Below are positions 7,483-14,669 of a DNA stretch of 32,000 nt, piece after piece. The notes under the pieces are model-generated. The model was not told the DNA's origin. It saw only the letters and a list, made by a program, of their open reading frames with translations, and did no database searches. The stretch spans positions 120,001 to 152,000 of the forward strand of contig JBGQBI010000003.1 of assembly GCA_041494705.1 (NCBI GenBank), read 5' to 3'. Position 1 is the stretch's first letter. Each line of letters starts with the position of its first letter. Source of the DNA: Candidatus Methanoperedens sp. GTDB taxonomy: Archaea; Halobacteriota; Methanosarcinia; Methanosarcinales; Methanoperedenaceae. Made by a program: the position numbers and the translations under genes.

Positions 7483-8214
7483 ATGGAAGTAAATACGATG
7501 GCAGGAAAAACAGAACAGTCGATAATTATCCCGGCTTATAACGAAGCAGGGAGAATAAGTTCTTTTTTAGAGGAACTCCTGAACTTTTCAAATTTAAATT
7601 TAAATAATTATGAAATTATTATTGTTAACGATGGAAGTACCGATGGCACCGAAGATGTAATAAATAATCTAATTAAAGGTAGAAATGATGTGAGTTTAAT
7701 CGGGTATTCCACAAATAAAGGTAAAGGAGAGGCGGTTAAATTTGGGATTTTTAACTCTTGTGGTGAAAAAATAATATTCATTGATGCAGATGGTTCGGTT
7801 GCTCCAAATTTGATGCCTGAGATAGTGAAAAGATTGGACGAATATGACGTAGTGGTAGGAGATAGGTCTTTAAAAGAATCCAGAATTAAAACCAGGGTTC
7901 ATAGGTGGTTCCTGGGAAAAATTTTCAATATTATGGTAAATCTCTTATTCCGGACAAACACCAGGGATAATCTCTGTGGTTTTAAAGGATTTAAAAGAGA
8001 TGTAGCTGAAGAATTATTCAATGATTTAATTGAAAAAAGATGGCTGTTTGATGTTGAAATTTTCTATAAGATTAAACAAAACAAATTTAGTTTATACCGC
8101 ATGCCCATACAGTGGGAATATGTAGGAAATTCAAAAGTAGGGTTTTCAGACCCCGTAAAAATATTTTTAAGACTCTTTGTTTTAAGAATTAAATTGTTTA
8201 GAAAATGGGATTAA
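7483..8214 (+). CDS. GT2 family glycosyltransferase, polyprenyl/dolichyl-phosphate beta-glucosyltransferase-like (ALG5/GtrB type)
   Basis: Diagnostic motifs are IIIPAYNEAGRI, IIIVNDGSTDGT, FIDADGS (DxD) and GDRS...NLCGFKGF. The small soluble GT-A fold size fits. An alternative start is the ATG at 7498. Confidence 0.85.
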   Translation: MEVNTMAGKTEQSIIIPAYNEAGRISSFLEELLNFSNLNLNNYEIIIVNDGSTDGTEDVINNLIKGRNDVSLIGYSTNKGKGEAVKFGIFNSCGEKIIFIDADGSVAPNLMPEIVKRLDEYDVVVGDRSLKESRIKTRVHRWFLGKIFNIMVNLLFRTNTRDNLCGFKGFKRDVAEELFNDLIEKRWLFDVEIFYKIKQNKFSLYRMPIQWEYVGNSKVGFSDPVKIFLRLFVLRIKLFRKWD

Positions 8215-8269
8215 ATTAGCACACCTATATTCAGAAAGTTATTTAACATCATTAATTTAAGGTAATCTC

Positions 8270-10399
8270 ATGGAAAAGGATACCAGAAATAAAATTATTT
8301 TTTCTCTTCTTTTTAGCTTTCTGTTTTTGGGGTATATTTTTCTAATATGGGGAAACTTTAAAACTTATTTGTCTGGCATCTCTACAAATTTCGGATATCT
8401 GGATTACCAGAATAACTGGAGGGTTCTGGATGATCTTATAAATTTAAAAATACCCTATAAGGATTATTTTAGCGAATACGGCTGGCTTTTTCTGTTTATC
8501 CAGTCCACAGGCTATATAATCGCCGGGAGAAACTTCTTATCATTATTAATTAGCGAACATTTATATTTACCAGTTATAGGCATTATTTTAAGTTACATTG
8601 TAGCAAAGAATATACTAGGAAAAAAACATTTAATTCTTATATTTTTGTTTTTTAGCCTATTATTCGAAGTAAATAATGTCTATCCCTCAATAAGACATTT
8701 AATGGCGGAATTAAGCCTCTCTTTTTTCATTCTTTATCTTTTTAAAGAGAAAAATAAATATTTACTAATAAGTGGGATAATTGGGGGATTTGCAGTTCTA
8801 ACAGCTCTGGAATATGGCATAGCATTGAATATAACGATATTGATGGTTTTTATTTTTAGCTTTTTTTCGGATGTTAAACTGAAAAAGGATTTATTTAGTA
8901 AATTTTACGCAGGGCAATTGATTGTAGTAGTTCCGTACTTTTTTTGGCTTTACATAGAAGGGGCATTAAGAAATTACTGGGAGTTCACATACGGATTTTC
9001 AAAAGCATTTTACTACGCTTCTCCATGCAGTGGCGATAGCTTTCCCCGATTATACGATATCCAGAATCTACTTCCAATTTCTAAATTATTGGTATTAAAT
9101 GTCCCGATTGAATTTTTGCAAAGACTTAATTTTTATATAGTATTTGGCTTTTTTTTAATTAGCGCTCTCGTCCTATTATTTATTCTTATCAAAAATAAGA
9201 AGTTTAGCAAAAATAATTTACTGAATTTCAGTTTAGTTATCTATGGACTATTGATTTTTCTCAGAACGCTTGATACCCCCTGTATCGGTTATTTCACATA
9301 TGGTTTGGTGCCTTTCTTTTTATTAATAACTCTTTTTATTGAAGAAATCGCCTCATGGAGTCTGGAGAAAAAATCACGTATATTGAAAATTATTGCTTTT
9401 TCCTTAATAATCCTGATATTTTCATGGTTTATATTAACCGAAAACACCGGTTCAATTGTTGGAATTTTTGGGAGTGAGAAAAAACAAATAGAAAAAAATA
9501 ATCTTCCGGAGCAAGAATTTTATTATCCTGCCGGATGGTTTATTAATAAAGAGCTTGCCGATGGATACAAAGAAATTACGGATTATATTGTAAAGAATAC
9601 TACAGAGAATGATTTTTTGTACGTTTACCCCTGGGGACCTTATAACCACCTGACAGGCAGGAGACCCCCGAATAGTATTTTAAGCACGCCTCATTTTGTG
9701 GCCGGGGAACAGTTTGTAGAGAGAACTAAACGGGAATTAGAGCTTAAAAAACCAAAATTTGTGGTAATTAATATTTTTAATAACCTGGGGATTGTGCGCT
9801 ATGGTAAATCAAGAGGCGACGTGGGAAGCTATTTTTCCTTGGGTTACGAGGAGGGACCTGTTTTTGCCGGGGACGGAAATGCGGTTGAAAAGTATATTCT
9901 GGAAAATTATCAGGCAGTTTTTAAGAATAATCTGGCTATAATTATGCAACAAAGAGCTGAGCCGATAACGATGCATCCAAATAAAAAAATTGTATTTTCA
10001 AGGCAGAATTGGACAAAAGAGAATATAGAATTGGAATCGATGAAAGAAACCAGCCCGGGCAAGTATATTATTGTCGGAGATAATGCAAGTTTATCATTGA
10101 TTTTTGAAACCTCTGTTGAAGCATCTGATATAAACATTGAACTTAAATTGGATGGAAATTTGTTGACAAAGCACCTGACAAGGTATGTTTTGAATTTTTA
10201 TATCCAGACAACCGATGCGAGCGCCCCCTCGTATGCAACTAAAACTTTAGCTACAAAAGATTGGCAAACAGTTAAAATTCCGTCTGGCGGGTCCAGAGAG
10301 ATAAAGATTTTAAAAATTGAAGTTGGCTCCAATAATGGTTTAATCTGGTGGCTTAACCCGGATACCCTGGAGATAAGAAATGTTACAGCTTTTAAATAA
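8270..10399 (+). CDS. Polytopic membrane protein (about 12 TM) with a ~300-aa C-terminal extracytoplasmic domain; putative GT-C type glycosyltransferase
   Basis: The N-terminal ~400 aa are very hydrophobic. The first loop carries acidic residues in LDDLINLKIPYKDYFSEYGWL, reminiscent of the first-loop D...Y...PY motif of lipid-sugar-dependent GT-C enzymes. It lies immediately downstream of a polyprenyl-P-hexose synthase-like GT2. The function is inferred only. Confidence 0.55.
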   Translation: MEKDTRNKIIFSLLFSFLFLGYIFLIWGNFKTYLSGISTNFGYLDYQNNWRVLDDLINLKIPYKDYFSEYGWLFLFIQSTGYIIAGRNFLSLLISEHLYLPVIGIILSYIVAKNILGKKHLILIFLFFSLLFEVNNVYPSIRHLMAELSLSFFILYLFKEKNKYLLISGIIGGFAVLTALEYGIALNITILMVFIFSFFSDVKLKKDLFSKFYAGQLIVVVPYFFWLYIEGALRNYWEFTYGFSKAFYYASPCSGDSFPRLYDIQNLLPISKLLVLNVPIEFLQRLNFYIVFGFFLISALVLLFILIKNKKFSKNNLLNFSLVIYGLLIFLRTLDTPCIGYFTYGLVPFFLLITLFIEEIASWSLEKKSRILKIIAFSLIILIFSWFILTENTGSIVGIFGSEKKQIEKNNLPEQEFYYPAGWFINKELADGYKEITDYIVKNTTENDFLYVYPWGPYNHLTGRRPPNSILSTPHFVAGEQFVERTKRELELKKPKFVVINIFNNLGIVRYGKSRGDVGSYFSLGYEEGPVFAGDGNAVEKYILENYQAVFKNNLAIIMQQRAEPITMHPNKKIVFSRQNWTKENIELESMKETSPGKYIIVGDNASLSLIFETSVEASDINIELKLDGNLLTKHLTRYVLNFYIQTTDASAPSYATKTLATKDWQTVKIPSGGSREIKILKIEVGSNNGLIWWLNPDTLEIRNVTAFK

Positions 10400-10423
10400 T
10401 ATAAGACTTGCCTCTGCCGCAGC

Positions 10424-11230
10424 TTATCTCTTATACAATATCATCTTTAGCCTGAATCCGTAAAGGTAATATAATAACTTCAGGTAATTCACATATTCCC
10501 CGGTATCAAGCTTGCTTTTCCCGCTCTCCCTGAGTTTGAAAGTATATGGAATCTCTTTTACTTTATTATATGAACCTTTAACCAGTATTTCAAGCAATAT
10601 TTTATATCCGGCTGGACTGAATGAGACGTTACTGATAACTTTTCTTTTCAGGAAAAAGTATCCGCTCATGGAGTCTTTTACATCTGTTAGAGGCGCTGAA
10701 AGTATGGTAGCTCCCCTTGAAACTACATATCTGAATTTACTCCATCCCTCAATTTTCCCGCCATTTACGTATCTGCTCCCGACTGCAATATCATAGCCGT
10801 TTAAAAGAGCCTGCACAAGATTTTTTAGTTCTTCCGGAGGATGCTGAAGGTCGGCATCTATTACGCCAATGTTTTCTCCAAGCGAGATTTTAAATCCTTC
10901 AACTACTGCTGATGAAAGACCCAGCTTTTCCGGTCTGGTTATAACCTTAACAGGATAGTTGTTTGCTAACTCTTTTGCTGCTTCTGCTGTGCCGTCGGGG
11001 GATGAATCATCTACCACAATCACTTCATAGCTATACCCACGGAGAGCCTCTGATACCAGGGGAATTAACTTTTTTATATTCTCCCGCTCGTTATATGTTG
11101 GAATAACAACTGTAATATCCAACATTTCCGGATTATATTCAAGCATTTCTGAAGGAGTCAGAAGACTTGTTTCTATAAAAAATCTATCTTTAGTTTTTAA
11201 GTTATTCTTAAAAAATTTATGGTTTTCCAA
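10424..11230 (-). CDS. GT2 family glycosyltransferase, dolichyl/polyprenyl-phosphate mannosyltransferase-like (DPM1 type)
   Basis: Diagnostic motifs are VVIPTYNERENI, VIVVDDSSPDGT, VIDADLQHPPE and SGYFFLKR. The track start is a TTG at 11230. ATG alternatives are at 11146 and 11125 (MLDITVVIPTYNE). Confidence 0.85.
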   Translation of the reverse strand: MENHKFFKNNLKTKDRFFIETSLLTPSEMLEYNPEMLDITVVIPTYNERENIKKLIPLVSEALRGYSYEVIVVDDSSPDGTAEAAKELANNYPVKVITRPEKLGLSSAVVEGFKISLGENIGVIDADLQHPPEELKNLVQALLNGYDIAVGSRYVNGGKIEGWSKFRYVVSRGATILSAPLTDVKDSMSGYFFLKRKVISNVSFSPAGYKILLEILVKGSYNKVKEIPYTFKLRESGKSKLDTGEYVNYLKLLYYLYGFRLKMILYKR

Positions 11231-11440
11231 TGCAAATCCAAACCTGGCATATTAATTTAATCACTTTATAAAATAAATTGTTCCAACCATATTCGACAAA
11301 TAAGGGCTTACGGAAGATTTATAGTAACCAAAATTAATTCAAAAAGAAAAACAAGGTTTTACTCAGGCAAATAATTTCAACAAGAAGATTTGAGCAAATG
11401 ATTTGCCAAGTATTATAAACAATAAATAAAAGAGGGAAAG

Positions 11441-11542
11441 TTGAAAAATTTTTACATCGATGGGGTTTGTTTTGCGGATGATAATTTCCGAAATGTGAAA
11501 CAATACAGAGCAGCAGTGATGTGTGTTCGTTATGGAAGGTAA
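11441..11542 (+). CDS. Candidate 33-codon upstream ORF (MKNFYIDGVCFADDNFRNVKQYRAAVMCVRYGR) overlapping the SPASM radical SAM start; speculative
   Basis: A TTG at 11441 is preceded by AAAGAGGGAAAG (SD-like GAGGG, 4-nt spacer). The TAA at 11540-11542 overlaps the downstream ATG at 11532 by 11 nt. The downstream gene has no SD of its own. Confidence 0.2.
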   Translation: MKNFYIDGVCFADDNFRNVKQYRAAVMCVRYGR

Positions 11543-12602
11543 ATTAAGCATAGTCAGGAATTTATTCCTGAGCAGAATCAAGAATGTACCATATAAACTA
11601 AATTTAGCAGTTACCTTCCAGTGCACATCAAGATGCCAGACATGCAATATCTGGAAAAAATACAGGGATAATCATGAATTAAAAAAAGATGAACTGACAT
11701 TACAGGAAATCGACGCCCTATTCAAGAATCTCCCATCAACAATGACATGGGTAAGTTTAACAGGCGGGGACCCGTTCCTGAGACCTGACTTATCACAAAT
11801 TATTAAATCGGCGGCAGAAAATATCCCTTCATTGCAGATAATAAGTATCCCCTCTAACGGACTGCTTAAAGACAGGATTCTTTCGGTTATCGAGGAAATG
11901 ATGGAATATAACCTGCCTAACATTTTTATCACTTTCAGCATAGACGGACCTCCTGAAATCCATGATAAAATCCGGGGCATAAATGGTGCATTTCAAAAGG
12001 CATGGGATACATATACTGAAGTTAAAAAATTGACCGCAGGCAGCAGGAAATTTCATGTGGGTTTGGAAACCACCTTATCCAGATGGAATATAGATTCTAT
12101 AAAGCACTTTTTATTAGAGATGGATGGTCACAGTACTACCATTACCGTAGCCCATAATGCATATTTGTACGATAATCAGGAAGATGTTGAGATATCACCC
12201 CGTTATCACATACGGCATACAGCAGAAGTAATTGAGATTTTAAACGATCAGTTATCATTTACACATCCGAATGAGTTAATAGAAAAAATATATTTGCAAA
12301 GTATTCCGGCATATTTAGATAACAAAACCAGGCAGGTGATTCCATGCGTTGCTCTCAAAGCATCTCTTGCTGTGAATGCATACGGGGATGTTACACCATG
12401 TTTTATGTGGGGAAAGAAAATAGGAAACGTCAGGGATTGTGGTTACGATATAATGAGTATCTGGAAATCAAAAGAGGCAGAACTTGCAAAATCGTCAATA
12501 AAGGAAAATAAATGCGCTAACTGCTGGACACCCTGCGAAGCATACCAGAGCATAATATGGCACCCTTTGAGAGCATTTGCATCATATTGCAGGGAGCTTT
12601 GA
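11523..12602 (+). CDS. Radical SAM enzyme with a SPASM-like C-terminal domain
   Basis: It has the motif FQCTSRCQTC, then LTGGDPFLR, and C-terminal PCVALKASLAVNAYGDVTPC...KCANCWTPCEA (CxxCxxxC). The likely true start is the ATG at 11532 (MEGKLS); the track uses the GTG at 11523. Confidence 0.85.
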   Translation: MFVMEGKLSIVRNLFLSRIKNVPYKLNLAVTFQCTSRCQTCNIWKKYRDNHELKKDELTLQEIDALFKNLPSTMTWVSLTGGDPFLRPDLSQIIKSAAENIPSLQIISIPSNGLLKDRILSVIEEMMEYNLPNIFITFSIDGPPEIHDKIRGINGAFQKAWDTYTEVKKLTAGSRKFHVGLETTLSRWNIDSIKHFLLEMDGHSTTITVAHNAYLYDNQEDVEISPRYHIRHTAEVIEILNDQLSFTHPNELIEKIYLQSIPAYLDNKTRQVIPCVALKASLAVNAYGDVTPCFMWGKKIGNVRDCGYDIMSIWKSKEAELAKSSIKENKCANCWTPCEAYQSIIWHPLRAFASYCREL

Positions 12603-12609
12603 TTATAAT

Positions 12610-12651
12610 TTATGCTCTTCAACTATCGATATTGATTTGAAGCATAATTTT
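12610..12651 (+). terminator. Hairpin plus T4 after the SPASM radical SAM gene (possible attenuator/terminator at a compositional boundary)
   Basis: TTATGC(TC)TTCAA at 12610-12622 pairs with TTGAAGCATAA at 12637-12647 (11 bp with a 2-nt bulge). The loop contains ATCGAT, and TTTT follows at 12648-12651. Confidence 0.3.
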
Positions 12652-12694
12652 ACGAAACATATTAATTTAAATACTCTTGGGGAAATCACAGAGC

Positions 12695-13222
12695 ATGGAT
12701 AAGAAACTGATGCGTGGTATTTATATCGGTTTGGTCGTGGTAGTAATCCTTTCCACCTACTATTATTTCTTCAGTCCCCTTCCCCCGGAAGATAGGGTTT
12801 ATTCAGAGGACATGGTCTGGTTATTCAACAAGATTGACAGCGTCAATGGTAAAAAGCTCTCCCCTGAGCAGGCTGCAACCGTCAATTCAACATTTACAGG
12901 CTCCTCAGTAGTAGTTGTCGTCTTCGACCAAGATGGCAACAGGATGCGCAGGAAAATATCGTTCGGCAACGATACCCTGGTTGTGACCAAGGAGTCATCT
13001 GCCGAGGCTGAAATAAGGCTGAGCGATGTTGCCGTCCACAAACTCAGACCTGTAATTGAAAGCGCTTTAGAAGACCATGTCATCTCCACGGGAGAAAAGG
13101 CTGAGATTATAGCGCAGGTGGTCAGTCTAAAAGCCCAGAGGCAGATTCTTATGGAGGATCCCTTCCTGGCGAAGCTGATAAAAGATAAGACGATTGATAC
13201 CCTGAAGTCATTCGTGAGTTGA
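12695..13222 (+). CDS. Hypothetical N-terminally membrane-anchored protein (~175 aa), no recognisable family
   Basis: The N-terminus MDKKLMRGIYIGLVVVVILSTYYYFF is a signal-anchor, followed by a balanced soluble domain. It is on the same strand as the flanking radical SAM genes and tightly spaced to them. The track start at TTG 12677 is less likely than the ATG at 12695. Confidence 0.6.
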   Translation: MDKKLMRGIYIGLVVVVILSTYYYFFSPLPPEDRVYSEDMVWLFNKIDSVNGKKLSPEQAATVNSTFTGSSVVVVVFDQDGNRMRRKISFGNDTLVVTKESSAEAEIRLSDVAVHKLRPVIESALEDHVISTGEKAEIIAQVVSLKAQRQILMEDPFLAKLIKDKTIDTLKSFVS

Positions 13223-13236
13223 GGGGGAAGACCTGA

Positions 13237-14664
13237 GTGGCAAATACGAAGAAAATTCTTCTTATCAATTCTCCATTTTTCCACGTACCCGGAAAGTTCC
13301 AGAGCCATGCCGTTTATACGGAACCTCCTCTGGGTCTGGCTTACATCGCCTCCTATATCCGGAAATACTATCCGGGTGATGCAAATATCAGGATAATAGA
13401 CGGAGCAGTCATGGAACTGACAAAGGAGGAAATCCTCGATGAAATCCGGAAAGAGAAACCGGATATCGTGGGAGCCACTGCCGTAACTTTGACCTCAATA
13501 TTCGTCAAGGAATTGTTTAGAGAAGTCAAGAAGATTTTTCCGGAATGCCTTACAGTCGCCGGGGGACCCCATGCTACAGCCCTTCCTTTCGACCTTACTC
13601 CAGAAGCTGACATGATTGTCATTGGGGAAGGTGAGGAAACAATGGTGGATATACTCAGGTGGATGGACGGCGTCCTCGCTAAAAAAGACATTAAGGGAAT
13701 CGCTTATTTGGAGGAAGGAAAGCAAACAATCAATGAGCTGCGTCCTTACATCGAAGACATGGATTCCATCCCATTTCCTGCCAGGGACCTTCTCCCGATG
13801 GAAAGGTACACCCATCAGTATATGCACAAATCCACGACAAAAGGTTATTCTACCATCCTGATGACGCGCGGATGCCCGTTCAGTTGCAGGTTCTGCGGTG
13901 TCAGGAAGATGTGGGGCAGCAAAGCACGCTATCGCAACGTGGAGAATATACTGGCGGAACTGCAGGAAATCACATCGAAATACGGGATATCATTTATTTT
14001 CTTCATTGATGATACCTTCACTGCAAACCGGAAAAGGGCTGAGGCTATCTGTCACGGAATCCTGAAAATGGGACTGAATATCAAATGGGCATGCTTCAGC
14101 AGGATTGATGCCGTTGAACCGGAATTCCTGGCTCTGCTTAAGAAGGCGGGGTGTGTGGAAATACAGGTGGGGGTAGAAAGCGGAGACCAGAACATCCTGA
14201 ATGAAATCAATAAGAATATTAACTTAGACCAGGTGAGGGAAGCTTTTGCAGTCATACGCAGCAGCGGTCTCCAGACAAAAGCATTTTTCATGATAGGAAA
14301 CCCAACGGAGACGAAGGCAACGGTAAAGAAGACGATCGATTTTGCCATAGAGCTTAACCCTACCTATGCCTTTTTCTCAATCCTTATTCCTTTCCCCGGC
14401 ATCTCCATCTTCGATGAATTTAAAGAGAAGGGTTATATCAAGACATTTGACTGGAGCAGGTACAACTGGTACGGGGATCCGGTCTTCGAGACTGAAAGCC
14501 TCTCGAAAAAAGATATAATTGCTCTCCAGAGGGAGGCTGAACTTCGGTTCTATCTCAGACCGATGAAGATAGGCAAGTATGCGATGGATGCCGTAATATC
14601 CGGGCAGTTCAAAGTTCTCTTCAGGAATTTATTTGCATTTTTAAGCATCGTAGCGAGAGGGTAA
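13237..14664 (+). CDS. B12-binding-domain radical SAM enzyme (class B type)
   Basis: It has the motif GCPFSCRFC. The N-terminal domain reads ILLINSP...EPPLGLAYIASYI...TVAGGPHATALP...DMIVIGEGEETMVDIL. The C-terminal FFMIGNPTET...ILIPFPG block is present. It starts at a GTG preceded by GAGGGGGA. Confidence 0.9.
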   Translation: MANTKKILLINSPFFHVPGKFQSHAVYTEPPLGLAYIASYIRKYYPGDANIRIIDGAVMELTKEEILDEIRKEKPDIVGATAVTLTSIFVKELFREVKKIFPECLTVAGGPHATALPFDLTPEADMIVIGEGEETMVDILRWMDGVLAKKDIKGIAYLEEGKQTINELRPYIEDMDSIPFPARDLLPMERYTHQYMHKSTTKGYSTILMTRGCPFSCRFCGVRKMWGSKARYRNVENILAELQEITSKYGISFIFFIDDTFTANRKRAEAICHGILKMGLNIKWACFSRIDAVEPEFLALLKKAGCVEIQVGVESGDQNILNEINKNINLDQVREAFAVIRSSGLQTKAFFMIGNPTETKATVKKTIDFAIELNPTYAFFSILIPFPGISIFDEFKEKGYIKTFDWSRYNWYGDPVFETESLSKKDIIALQREAELRFYLRPMKIGKYAMDAVISGQFKVLFRNLFAFLSIVARG

Positions 14665-14669
14665 AATTT

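Noticed and set aside
11363-11647. 94-aa minus-strand ORF spanning the divergent promoter and the radical SAM start
   Set aside because: It overlaps the 5' end of a well-supported gene on the other strand, is hydrophobic and low-complexity, and has no SD or motif.
12799-13308. 169-aa minus-strand ORF opposite the small membrane protein gene
   Set aside because: It has an S/L/T-rich shadow-like composition, it overlaps the start of the 13237 radical SAM gene, and it runs against the direction of the operon. The plus-strand ORF has a credible signal-anchor and balanced composition.
11441-14664. Interpreting the SPASM radical SAM, small protein and B12 radical SAM trio as a RiPP biosynthetic cluster
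   Set aside because: There is no leader-peptidase, RiPP recognition element protein or exporter. The 175-aa protein is membrane-anchored and far larger than typical precursors, and the operon continues directly into GT-C glycosyltransferases. Only the 33-codon upstream ORF is retained, as a low-confidence lead.
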